Source of the DNA: Eledone cirrhosa
Taxonomy: Eukaryota
NCBI GenBank assembly: GCA_964016885.1
Contig: OZ024747.1
Coordinates: forward strand, 76,384,001 to 76,448,000
Length of the DNA stretch: 64,000 bases
Direction of reading: 5' to 3'
Shown here: positions 43,291 to 54,659 of the stretch, in pieces
Layout: every line of letters begins with the position of its first letter
Numbering within the stretch: the stretch's first letter is position 1
Notes under the pieces: generated by a model
Told to the model about the DNA's origin: nothing
Seen by the model: the letters and a program-made list of their open reading frames with translations, nothing else
The model's database searches: none
Translations under genes and position numbers: made by a program

Positions 43291-44491
43291 CATATGTGTG
43301 TGTCTGTGTGTCTGTGTTGGTGTGTATCTTGAGACTCTCCGTTGTAATTTACCGATCACTTGCGTTCATATTCAATACTATCCCCCGCCGCCACATTCGC
43401 TATCACAGCTTTCTGTTATCTCTCACTCGTCTACGCCTACAAGGATATATAACCTGTTTACTCATGTTGCTGAGAGCTAGATGGGGATCAGATGACTGTC
43501 CAGTCCTTCTCATAACTCGGATATCCATGCTGAAGAGATCAGGGGCAAATAAACCAGTTACTAACCGCTATAGTTACGTCCTTTAATACCAAGTATTCTT
43601 ATGAATATCTTTGTACTGAGAGACTAGAAAAGTCTAATAGAGCCTCCTCGTCCGCGTTTACATCAGGGTCACCATGCGCTAGTGGAATCCTCAAAGAAAG
43701 ATCTTGTGTTCGGATACTGTTTGGCGCATAAAATTGCACCATCTACAGAGGCGGTTCTTTTAACCTAAGCTTCAAGACGCGAATCCTCCCTCACAATGGC
43801 ATCCATGCATTCCATAACACATTCTGACAACCAAGGACTTAGTCTCCCCACTCTCGGTTGTACTGTCATTTGTTACACCACCTCTGAATAGTGGAGTTTC
43901 CACCCTCCATCCAAATCTATGTTGTCCCAACCATAAATCTTTATAGATGAATCCCCAACTGTATCAAGCTGGTAGCACCTGTCCTCCTTCACTAGTTCCG
44001 GTTCCTTACATGTTAGAGATGTAGCGTTACCAATCCTTAAGGTTTACACTTTTCCGAACCCGTTTTTAGAGTAATAAGATACGCAACATATCTCCATCCC
44101 ATCGCTGATGTTTTCGTCATTAGATGGAGACTGAAACATATGCCCTAATGGTCCCCTTACCTCATGCTCTATAGTGTCCTTTGTTACCCCTCGTGAGGGA
44201 CAATGCAGTACATGGGCATTTATTCAATCTGAGCATCCTGCAAATTTTGGTGGTCGCATGTACGGTAGTCACTAATTTGATAATTTCTCGGACCCCGGAA
44301 AGTCTTGGGTTTTTACTTGCTTATTCATCCCTCCTAGTACCCTACTACAATTTGATCCGGGGCTGATTTTGCATCCATCAGGAACCCAATTGTATCTCGC
44401 CTAACCACCATATCAGGTAAGCCTATTGCTTTCTGCCACCTACGAGACAATCTTGGTCAAAGTATATATATATATATGTGTGTGTGTGTGT

Positions 44492-44537
<46 letters not shown>

Positions 44538-45069
44538 ATGTGTGTGTGTGTGTGTGTGTGTGCATATATGAAGTGACAGAGAGCAAAAGAGAGCACGAAT
44601 GAGAGACACACTCATATATATATATGTGGAGGGGTGTATGTGTGTGTGTGTGTGTGAGAGAGCTTGAGTGCATATAATTACCGGTTAAATATCATGTAAT
44701 TATACTTGTGTTGTCATTGAAAATGACAGCAATTTAGAGTGCATTCATTAGATAAGTATCCTTTAGAGTTATAAAATTATGCTTTTTTATAAAATTTTCT
44801 GTCAAAATTATGCCAAAATTATGGAGGAAAATAAATCAATAATGTAATTATTATTTAATTCTTCATTTTAGTAATTTCTTAGTTTATTTAATTTTATTAT
44901 TTTGGAAATAATCAAGAATTCTATGTGATAAAGAAATATATTTTTTAATTGTTGAAACACGCACAAATGATGTGAAATGTTGTCTCTTTAGCAGTCGTCT
45001 TAGCATTGTATACCTGAATCACTATCAGAATTTATTGGTAAACATTATAAATGAACAACATAAAGGCAA

Positions 45070-45460
45070 TGGATTGGTGATATTGGAAGAGCGTCGAACA
45101 ACAAGCATAGTGGCATAGAGTTACAGCCCTTTACGTTCTGAGTTCAAATGCCTCCAAAGTTAGCTTTGCCTTTCATCATTACGGGGTCGATAAAATAAAG
45201 TACCTGTAGCATACTGGGGCCGATTCAATCGGCTTTCCTCTCCCCTCAAATTGCTGGCCTTGTGCCTATAGTAGAAATCATTATTATTATTGTTATATAT
45301 GCTTTGCCGCATATAGTTATGGCCCTTTACATTCTGAAATTAGCTTCCTCTTTCATTATTCAGGTACAATAAAACAAAGTACCAATAATGCACTGGTGGC
45401 GATTTAATTGATTCCTCTCCCCCTAACTTGTTGGCCTCCTGCTTAAATAAGCAACCGTTA
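45070..45460 (+). mobile_element. Two tandem diverged tRNA-SINE copies
   Basis: TTCTGAGTTCAAATG...GCCTTTCATCATTACGGGGTCGATAAAATAAAGTACC...GGCCTTGTGCCTATAGTAGAAA-(ATT)n, followed by a more decayed copy. Confidence 0.8.
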
Positions 45461-45820
45461 TATAAGTATAACTTATTTCTTGTTGGAGTTCCGTCCATTT
45501 TGACGACGAGTGTTCCGGTTGCTGAAACAAACAGGAAATTGACAATTAATGTTATTGCTATAACTAGAGTTTTCCTTTGTTGATGACCCCTTCCATTTAT
45601 GCGATGTAAACGAAACTGCGTTGCCTCTATCTTGGACGTTTGTAGCTAATAAAGAATCTATTATTATAATTTGTCACTTCCTTTGAATTCTGCTTCTTTC
45701 CCATATCATGCCGAGTGTCAACCTGACACTCGAGGAAAAATCTGCTAATACACACATTTTACAATCAATTGTCTTACAAATACTGCCATAAGGTCATCAA
45801 CAACAGTAAATGCAAGCCTT

Positions 45821-45910
45821 TTAAATGTATAATGCCATTCTCAGGATATGGACAGTGCTAGTCAGCACTATTTTCTGTATCGCTTGCAGAGATGGCTTTT
45901 CATGTATCTG
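45821..45910 (-). pseudogene. Extreme C-terminus remnant of an R4/Dong-type (RLE) non-LTR retrotransposon ORF
   Basis: PSLQAIQKIVLTSTVHILRMAL resembles the conserved (I/L)QKxVLLGTAHILRxxL terminal motif. Confidence 0.5.
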
Positions 45911-48681
45911 ATTCAAATATTTTACTATTGTTAGTATCATTATGATTGTGAAAGTGTGTGGTTTAGAGGTTAGAGCGTTGAGCTCACAATCGTAAGGGTG
46001 TGAGTGCAATTTACTCAGTTGTAGAAATGAGTTGCCAAGTCACTGCTGTCAAACTGTATAGGCCATTGCCTTCCGTGATCGAAGAAGCCCTACGATTATT
46101 GTAGGTATCAGATTCTGCAGTTTTTAGTAGTATATCGGTTGGTAATATTCAGTACCGCTTACAAAAAGGTGAATTATGCAAGCCTATATACTGAACTATT
46201 TTCTCCGAAAATTGTAGACCTTGGCTAAATGCTAGAAATTATATTATTGGTATTATTTCATCAACGAACGAAAGTTGAATCAAGCAACAGAATATTTGAA
46301 CTAGAAACTGAAAAAAATAAACTTGGTAGTTACGTAACCAAACCGTGTAATGCATTACATCTGTCACTTTAGTGTTTCTAACTTCCCAACCATTTGAATA
46401 ATCAATAAAAGTTGTTTTATTGGAGATCCATTTAGATCGTTAAATGGCACTAAAACGAAAAGAAAGAAAATAAAATATGCAATGTTTGGAGATCCATTTT
46501 CGTTGTGGAAAATGTAAATCTAAAAAGTAAAAATGTTTGGTTCATTTTGTAGGGTTTTGCATTTGTTTTCGTCTTCACCTGTTCTTTTTTTTTTAGATTT
46601 TTTATGCTGTTTTATTTTTTTATTTTAGAAATAGTGCTGAAAGAGCAAACGCTGAAATCCAAAACAGTAAAGCTAAAATACAATATATATTAATATTCGC
46701 CTCGTGATAGAGATAACTACATCGGTAATTTATTGCTTAAATTAGGTTTTATAGGAGTAAAATACGTTTCTTTGATTTGTGTGCTACGTTTTTACAGCTT
46801 TGCTACAAATATCTCAGGAAAATCCATAAACTTTGATATAGACGAAGGAGATACTGTGGTGATAATTGAAAACTAACAAGTTCTAATTTTAGCGAACTTT
46901 CAGATATTTGCTCATTTTGAAGGCCATATTAAGCTTTTAGATTTATATTTTCGATTTATGAGTTATGTATAAGGCTAAACAAATGTCAAAATATGGAGCC
47001 TAGGAAATTTACAAAAAAAAAAAATATTTAAAACAGCAATATAGACGACGTAGGTGAGATTATCTGGAATTCTGGAATTCTGGAAGAGTTAGGTAAATAA
47101 GCTAATTGGTTTTAAGACCTGACATTCTGTAGAATGTTTTTGGTATTCACATAAAAGGAATCAAGAAATGTTTTACTCCACGGGGTAAATATTTTCTTCT
47201 TTGAAGTCAACTGAAAAGTAAATGTTAGCGTAAAGTGAATAATAATAAGAAGAATTATATGGATTTGTACATAATCTAGGTTACAATTGTTTAGGGGATG
47301 TTAGCCTTTAGGCTGTTCCTGTTTTCATAGAAAAGCGAGTTTATTCATATGATTTTCGGTATAAATAGTAAAGTTATCAATAAACTTCATTTTATATACG
47401 TTTGGTTAAGATTAATGTCTGGAAGACAACACTTTCTAATCGAATTATCTCAGTATTATAGGAAATAACTAGAGCTTATTTTATCGATATCTGTTGAAAC
47501 TGAAAAGCTGCGCGGAAATTGAATTCCCTATATTAAGTCATATTGTCCGGAATTTTACACATGGAACTATATTTATGTCAATATTCATGCTAGAAGGAAA
47601 ATATATCAACAGTAGGTCAACGGAATATTTTTATCTATATTCTAATGTGTGAAACTGTCATGGAGGTATGTTAATCTTCTCCCGAGCAGAGACCACACAT
47701 ATTTATTGATTTTCTGTTAAAGCAATTTTCACTTCATTTCGTTTCACTTTATTTTCATCAATAAATACCTTTTGAAAGCAGTGTAACTGTCTTCAGTCGA
47801 ATATAGTTCGATTGTTTTCTTGTTTCTAATATGTACTGAGGAGACTTGTCAATGTAATGTTATTGCCCCTATTTCAAGTACAGTTTATCTACATGTCTCT
47901 TTCTAGTATATTTTCTCAATGTCTTTCTTACATATTATGCCCGTCTCCCAATTTCTTATAATGTATTTATATCACTATTTCTAGTACATATTGACAATAT
48001 CCAAATTTCTAATTTATTATGAAATGTTCTTGATATTTTAATTTTCATAATAGGCACAGTGTCTCAAATATTGGAGACCCCTGTTCTTGAAAAACATTTG
48101 CTTCAACGACTGTAGAAAAGTGAAATGCAAATATGGTCTCGGATGGAGTCGAACACTCTAATATATCGGCAACTGAACAACTTTCTAATAGAAAGATCAT
48201 AGAAACTTTAAATATATTCAATTGCTCTTAACGGTGGGTGATTTATCCTTTCATCCTTATTTTGCTTGCTTGCAAACCAAGCGACAACACTTCGTTATCA
48301 CTCTACACACGCTTGAGAAAAGACTAGAGCACGTGAAGCCAAATCCGACATTTCTGGCAATAAATGAGCTTATCGTTTTCTAGAATTATCATGTATATTA
48401 ACATTTGCCGATGCAGACCGTTATTAGTTAGTATCAGAATACGCACATGAGATGTCAATATGTAGCCTGTGAATACGTAAAGGCGTGTTTGTTAGTGTGT
48501 ATAAGTAGTTGTGTTTGTGTGTACATGTATTTTTGAGTGCTTATCTATGACTGTACAGATGAGATCCAATCTAGCTGTCGTCTGTTCTACAGTGTGGATG
48601 TCATTCACTTCGCACAGAAGTTTTGTTCAAATTTATTGAGGAAATTTTGTGAGTTCAAACTTAATTTTGATACAATTGTGT

Positions 48682-48722
48682 AGCTTGACCCTCCGTCTGA
48701 ACTGTCAGGCGGTGGGTCAGCT
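48682..48722 (+). promoter_or_regulatory. Strong hairpin in LINE 5' UTR
   Basis: AGCTTGACCCTCCGTCTGA-ACTG-TCAGGCGGTGGGTCAGCT. Confidence 0.55.
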
Positions 48723-48912
48723 CATCTTTACCCCTCCTAGAGGTGAAAAACCTGTTTTAAAAAAAATTTTGTGTAAAAAATTTCAATCGTCTAACAGAAA
48801 TGTTAAACGCAGCGAACGAAAATAGTGGTGGGGGACAGCGGTAAGAGTTGTAAGCTCGCACGCTTTAGTCCTCCCTTCCTTCCCAACTAACGTCATAGAG
48901 AAGGAAGGAAAA

Positions 48913-50676
48913 ATGAAAATAAAAACGGACGAATCTGCGGAGAAAAAATTAAATGACGAAAACAACGAAAAAAAAAAATTTGAAAAATTGCATGACAATA
49001 CTAATAACACAAACAAAGACACAACAAACAAAAAAATAACAGTTGAAAATAACATAATATCAGAAAACAAAGCAGACGACAAGATTTCATTTGCACAGAA
49101 AACAAAGAAATCTTTGACTTATATAGCGGAAAACATTTCAGATGTGGTACGAAGGATCACGGACGCAAAACAATACATAAGTGAAGGTGAGAATGGTATT
49201 TTATTGGTAAAAATGCCTCAAGAATTCACGAAAGACATTGAAAGCCGAACGGTCAAGTTTCGGACCATCAACAACAGTACAAAAAAACCTGAACAGCCTT
49301 CTCAAGCAGATATCAAAACAGTACTCGCAGAAGTACTGAATGAAACAACTTTCATAAGAAAAGACAGACTGTATGGAAGCCTAGCAATTATCATGAAGAA
49401 CGAATCGGCGGCAAAAAAATGTGCTTTGTCACCGATTCGTTCGAAAAATTTCACCTTTTATCCATCTTATATGGGGAAAAAAACTCAACGCATATGGCTG
49501 GATGCAATGATGCCAGATGTGGACTACTGCTGGCTCATAGCTGGCTTCATCGATCCAGTGAATGACAACGTGATTTCCATTGGGAAAACCACAGGCAATG
49601 CGTTCAGTGGAACAGGTATAGAGCTGGTAGTACAAATGAAGCCTGAACGCATCGCCCAAATACCCGACAGAATCCTATTAGAGGACCACGGGTATATAAA
49701 CATTAGCGTGGAGGGGAGAAGGCCGTCCTGCCATATCTGTGCAGGCAGAGGGCACCTGAAGGCCGCTTGTCCCCAACTCAACAAAAAGAAAACCCTGCTA
49801 CCAACACCAGCTCCACCACCACCACCACAACAGATAAACAAACAACAAAACTCAGTCCCACCCAACCCGTCCCTCAGTAACACCACAACACCACCACAAC
49901 ACAAACAGTCACAACACATTACCCCAAAACAAAATACAGGCCCACCCAACCTCTCACTCAATAAAACAACACAACCACCGCAGACACAACACACAACACA
50001 GTCTAACATAGTGACATCCATCTCCCCCACAAAGAAAACCAACACGGAAACATTACCAGCAAACATACCTCTTCCCTCCAACACTGAAGATAACCCAACG
50101 AATTCGGAGGAAGAAACGGAGTCCTTCAGACAGATTAAAAGGAAAAAAAGAAAACATGTGCAAAACACACAAGGACAAACAACCCCCACCCAAATCGCAA
50201 CACAATCTAACAAAACAGAAAACACCCCTCCAGCAACAAACAAAACCAAACCTGCCCCTCCCCTCTTCGAAACACTCACACCATCGGAAAAAAAGACATT
50301 ACACTATACTTACATCAACAGAAACAATAATAAATTAAATGAACTCATATACAATAATCCTTCGGTACAAACCGAAGGTGTAAACTTTGTTTCATCAGAA
50401 AACCACCCACATTTAAAACTAATAAAAATCCCAATGAACCTCTACCAAAAACTAAAAAAGGATTTTAAGGAGGACGTAGGACCACCCTCTGTCAAACCCA
50501 TAAACCGCGTCCTACTAAAAAGCTTTCCCCCTCCCCTTCCCCTCCCCAACACAACTCCAAACACCCCAACCCCACCACACACCGACGACCCCACACCACC
50601 ACAAGACACCCCTTCACCCAACACCCCCGACCCCATGGAAGTCGTGCAACCCGAACCCCGGGAAGCGGAAAGGTAG
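48913..50676 (+). CDS. LINE ORF1 protein (nucleic-acid binding; CCHC zinc knuckle; Pro/Thr/Gln-rich C-terminal half)
   Basis: 587-aa ORF with CHICAGRGHLKAAC (CX2CX4HX4C), located upstream of the RT ORF. Confidence 0.9.
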   Translation: MKIKTDESAEKKLNDENNEKKKFEKLHDNTNNTNKDTTNKKITVENNIISENKADDKISFAQKTKKSLTYIAENISDVVRRITDAKQYISEGENGILLVKMPQEFTKDIESRTVKFRTINNSTKKPEQPSQADIKTVLAEVLNETTFIRKDRLYGSLAIIMKNESAAKKCALSPIRSKNFTFYPSYMGKKTQRIWLDAMMPDVDYCWLIAGFIDPVNDNVISIGKTTGNAFSGTGIELVVQMKPERIAQIPDRILLEDHGYINISVEGRRPSCHICAGRGHLKAACPQLNKKKTLLPTPAPPPPPQQINKQQNSVPPNPSLSNTTTPPQHKQSQHITPKQNTGPPNLSLNKTTQPPQTQHTTQSNIVTSISPTKKTNTETLPANIPLPSNTEDNPTNSEEETESFRQIKRKKRKHVQNTQGQTTPTQIATQSNKTENTPPATNKTKPAPPLFETLTPSEKKTLHYTYINRNNNKLNELIYNNPSVQTEGVNFVSSENHPHLKLIKIPMNLYQKLKKDFKEDVGPPSVKPINRVLLKSFPPPLPLPNTTPNTPTPPHTDDPTPPQDTPSPNTPDPMEVVQPEPREAER

Positions 50677-50709
50677 GTCTCTACACTCTCCTTTGGCTCT
50701 GCCGCCCAC

Positions 50710-53700
50710 ATGGATGTGTTAAGAGTAGGATGTTTGAATGCACGTGGCCTGGGCTCAACTTGGAAGCAAGCAAAGCTTCTAAATGACCTCAGGTCATGTA
50801 GTATAAATGTAATGGTTATCTGTGAGACTCGAATCAGCGTCATGCGGCAGCTGGCCCCCACCTTCGATGACTTTGAGGTGCATGCATCTCTCTGTCAACC
50901 TGGAGGTGGGGGTGGGGTTGTCGTGCTGCTGCAAAAACACCTGGGTCTTGCCGTACAGGTTGTGCACTCGGACCCGGAGGGTCGTTTGTTGGTGCTAGAC
51001 GTTGGCAGTAGTGAAAGTGCGGCCTTGAGACTGGTCGCCGTCTACTCCCCTTTCGGAGCTGAACGGCCCGACTTCTTCCAGCGTTTGGAGACTTTTCTGG
51101 GAACGTCGCGTTCCCTGCTTCTAGCGGGGGATTGGAATGACATCCTAGATGCACGTTGGGACTATGCAGGAGCATGTCCTAATAGAGGGGGGTGTAACAG
51201 CCTCAAGGGGTTACTCGACCGTTTTAACTTGGTCGATAGATATCGACTAGATTTTACAACTGTGCCTACCTGGACTTGGAGAAACCACAGTGGTCAATCT
51301 AGATCGTACTTAGATAGATTCTTAGTTAGAAGTAAGGATAGGGACATATTAAGCTGTCCAGAAATGCGCACGGTTGGCTACACGGATCACAAATTAGTGA
51401 CCTGCGTGGTCAATCTCGAGAAAACACATAGACAGGGTCCCGGTTACTGGAAACTTAATTTGTCTTTACCGGCAAAAGAGACTTACAGAAACCGGATTAG
51501 CAGATTAGTTAAGGAGAGGTTGACGGGTGCAATCGTCAACAACCGATGGTGGGCATCTCTCAAAAGAGAGATTAGAACAGAATCAATAAGTTATAGCAAG
51601 ATGTTAGCTGCCAATAGGAATAGAAACGAGAAAGAATTAACAGGTAAATTAGAAGAGGCAATCAAGAGCGAAGATGTGGCCAGAGTGCTGGCATCGAGGA
51701 CGGCCTTGAACCAGTTTTTCGATGCAAAGCATGAAGGCTGCGTCATTCGAAGTAAAATACGTGCTCTAGGTAATGAGGGGGCCAAAGCCGTTGGATGGGC
51801 CCGCGTGACAGAAGCTAAAAGTGGAAATCGATCCACCATCCGGTCGTTGCAAGACGAAGATGGACGAGTGATCCGGGAGCCTAAGCAGATGTGCGAGGCC
51901 TTTCAAAAGCACTTTGCCCGATTGTTCGGGGGAGGCGAGGGTCCGGGCCGGGGCGTGGATTTCGGTCCATACCTCGACGGCCTGCCGCGTCTCTCGAACA
52001 AAGAGGCGGAGTCCTGCGAGGGACCAATCTCGGCTGATGAGATCGGAGATGCGCTGAGCCAATGCAGCAGACGCAAATCTCCAGGTCTCGATGGTATACC
52101 TTACGAACTTTATTTAGCAATGCCGGTCTTCTTCTCCGAACTCCTCGAAGCGGTCTACTGCAATTGGCAGCAGAACGGGAGAATTCCTTGTTCTGTAGCC
52201 AAGGGCGTAGTCACGCTGGTGAGGAAGGACGAGAACAAGGGGGATAGTATAAATAATTTTCGGCCCATAACCCTGCTAAACACAGAGTTAAAGATTTTGG
52301 CCAAGGTGTTAGCAAAGAGGTTGGCGCTTGTCGTGGGTGGCCTGGTGGGAGATGCGCAGACATGTGCTATCCCATCCAGGTCCATTCACGATAACCTCCA
52401 CCTCATGCGATACATCATAGAGAGGGTTGGCAACAAACCCGGCTTCGGTGGGGCCCTGATCAACTTGGATCAGTCTAAGGCCTTCGATAGGGTCGACCAT
52501 GGTTACCTGGATGCGGTGCTAGCGGCGGCTGGGTTCGGTCCTGTTTTCAGAGGCTGGATCACTGCCCTACATAGCAACCACATCTGTTCTAGGATCAAGG
52601 TGAACGGCTACCTTTCGAAGCCGTTCGAAATCACACGATCCATTCGACAGGGGTGCCCTCTCTCCTCCCTTCTGTACGTATTGACTCTCGAGCCTTTACT
52701 GAGGAAGTTGGAGTTGTTGCAGGGTATCCCCCTGGAACCAGGATTGAGCAAAGCGGTGTCGGCCTACGCCGATGACGTAACAGTAATGGTATCAACCGAC
52801 TCGGAGATCGAGGCGATCGGTACCTTACTGGAGGAGTACGAAAGGTTGTCAGGAGCGAAACTGAACCGGGAAAAATCCATCGGGCTGCAACTCGGAACGT
52901 GGAGAGGCAGACCGATGCCTCCCGATGGTGTCGTCGGACACTGGACGGAGGGCCCGGTAAAGTTGCTTGGGGTCTGGTTTGGACCGGACCTCCAGGTGGA
53001 AAAGAACTGGAACGAGGTTACGAACAAGGTGTTTGCACTAACCCAGAAATGGGCCAAGTGTAAGCTGTCCCTAAAAGGCCGGGCGGAGGTGGCGAACATT
53101 TACATAGCGTCCGTCACTTACTACCGCCTGACTGTCGTGCCTTGCCCTAAGGAAACACTCACCACCATGGAACGCATGCTCTTCCAATTTCTTTGGAAGA
53201 AGCGTCCTCCTATGGTGAGAAGATCCATCTGCTGCCAACAACCTTCGAAAGGAGGGCTGGGGATGCCGTGGTTGATGATGCGTAGGCACGCATTAAGGCT
53301 ACGGCACCTACTGGTATTCCTCACTGGTCAACCGGTGTGGGCTCCGTTCGTGAAACGAGCCTTTCCGACACTCGTCTCACTCACCGAGCTACAGTCCTGG
53401 GTCAAGCAAAGATCCGGAAAACTGGGAGACTGGCACACTGAGTGTGCTCAGGCGCTCAGGGCTCTCTGGCAAGCGGGCCGGGCCATCGGTGGAGAATCCA
53501 CCTCATCATTCTATAGAGGGCTGGTGGCTAGCAGGGGCGATGACACCCTTGGAGAGTCGCTGGACATGGAAGAAGACGAACTGGCCAGCCTGTTCGGTAG
53601 GACTTTCGGCCCAGGACCAATGGACAACTTCCAGAAGTCACTGGCCTGGCAGTGCTACCGGGGGGCTCTACCCGTTCGAGAGAGGCTCTACAGACACGGG

Positions 53701-54147
53701 CGCCCGGGCAGGGATCCCTCAAAAAAGATTTGCCCTAGATGCGTGCGTCACGAAGAAACCGTAGCGCACGCATTGGTGCAATGTCCGGGCGTGGCTGATC
53801 TGTGGGGCTACGCCGAACAACTGCTGTCGCGGGTGGCGCCGATTAAATTGACCGCCGAGTCCGTGATGACAATCAAACCGCCTCCCCTCTTCACAAAGGA
53901 AGCAAAGGCGGTTTTTCTGTGCGTAATAGCCATGTTGAAAGAGGTTGTTTGGTGGACACGATTGAAAGGTCTGAGGTCAGGCAACTTCCTCTCTGGCCAT
54001 AGTCTGGTCTACTTCTTCCGATATCACTTCGGAAGAAGGATAAGAATGGAGAGAGTGGTGCTTGGCCACAGGCAGTTTTATGAAAGGTGGGTGATAGTGG
54101 CGAGAATGGCTCGTGTAAATGGGCCTTCTCTGTATACCATCCTGTAG
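50710..54147 (+). CDS. LINE ORF2 polyprotein: APE-type endonuclease, reverse transcriptase, C-terminal zinc-binding domain (Tx1-like)
   Basis: 1145 aa: NARGL, GDWN, SYLDRF, TDH (EN); GPGYWKLN, KSPGLDG, FRPITLLN, DQSKAFDRV, QGCPLS, YADD (RT); CPRC..ETVAHALVQC. Confidence 0.97.
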   Translation: MDVLRVGCLNARGLGSTWKQAKLLNDLRSCSINVMVICETRISVMRQLAPTFDDFEVHASLCQPGGGGGVVVLLQKHLGLAVQVVHSDPEGRLLVLDVGSSESAALRLVAVYSPFGAERPDFFQRLETFLGTSRSLLLAGDWNDILDARWDYAGACPNRGGCNSLKGLLDRFNLVDRYRLDFTTVPTWTWRNHSGQSRSYLDRFLVRSKDRDILSCPEMRTVGYTDHKLVTCVVNLEKTHRQGPGYWKLNLSLPAKETYRNRISRLVKERLTGAIVNNRWWASLKREIRTESISYSKMLAANRNRNEKELTGKLEEAIKSEDVARVLASRTALNQFFDAKHEGCVIRSKIRALGNEGAKAVGWARVTEAKSGNRSTIRSLQDEDGRVIREPKQMCEAFQKHFARLFGGGEGPGRGVDFGPYLDGLPRLSNKEAESCEGPISADEIGDALSQCSRRKSPGLDGIPYELYLAMPVFFSELLEAVYCNWQQNGRIPCSVAKGVVTLVRKDENKGDSINNFRPITLLNTELKILAKVLAKRLALVVGGLVGDAQTCAIPSRSIHDNLHLMRYIIERVGNKPGFGGALINLDQSKAFDRVDHGYLDAVLAAAGFGPVFRGWITALHSNHICSRIKVNGYLSKPFEITRSIRQGCPLSSLLYVLTLEPLLRKLELLQGIPLEPGLSKAVSAYADDVTVMVSTDSEIEAIGTLLEEYERLSGAKLNREKSIGLQLGTWRGRPMPPDGVVGHWTEGPVKLLGVWFGPDLQVEKNWNEVTNKVFALTQKWAKCKLSLKGRAEVANIYIASVTYYRLTVVPCPKETLTTMERMLFQFLWKKRPPMVRRSICCQQPSKGGLGMPWLMMRRHALRLRHLLVFLTGQPVWAPFVKRAFPTLVSLTELQSWVKQRSGKLGDWHTECAQALRALWQAGRAIGGESTSSFYRGLVASRGDDTLGESLDMEEDELASLFGRTFGPGPMDNFQKSLAWQCYRGALPVRERLYRHGRPGRDPSKKICPRCVRHEETVAHALVQCPGVADLWGYAEQLLSRVAPIKLTAESVMTIKPPPLFTKEAKAVFLCVIAMLKEVVWWTRLKGLRSGNFLSGHSLVYFFRYHFGRRIRMERVVLGHRQFYERWVIVARMARVNGPSLYTIL

Positions 54148-54579
54148 GTAAAGAAGTAAAGGAGAGGGGAGCACCTTCTCCATGTGCTCCCCGGGCAAAG
54201 GATTGCACACTTTTTCGGGGGTGTGTGCAACCCCCATCACGTCCCCTCCCTTTTGAGGTTATTTTCGATTATTTTCACGTTACACCCTTTTTACTCGATT
54301 ATATGTAAACTCCCCCTTTGTATTTGTCCCTTCTTTTTATGCCTTTATGGTAAATAAAGAAATGTATCTATGACTGTACAGATGGTTAACAATGATCTAT
54401 GTTTTATATTCAAAAGGCAAGAGTAAGAATTTCATACTTAAGTGGTATGTTCATAGGGTTAAAAGATAAGACTGAGATTCTAGAAATTTGATATCCATAA
54501 TTTGAATTGAAATCTGCGATCTATTGACTAGCAATGCATACTAACACACACACGCACACATATATATACATACATACAT

Positions 54580-54655
<76 letters not shown>

Positions 54656-54659
54656 TTAA

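Larger units (their letters stand above)
48562..54364 (+). mobile_element. Full-length, intact L1/Tx1-clade LINE (5803 bp) with 20-bp TSD
   Basis: TSD TATCTATGACTGTACAGATG at 48542-48561 and 54365-54384; two intact ORFs; 3' UTR ending AATAAAGAAATG. Confidence 0.96.

Noticed and set aside
43330-44460. GC-richer unique segment with a CRWC...H peptide on the minus strand
   Set aside because: Stops in all frames examined and no other motif; possibly a decayed retroelement, but unassignable by eye.
48783-54308. Antisense and alternate-frame ORFs overlapping the LINE
   Set aside because: Shadow ORFs of compositionally biased coding sequence.
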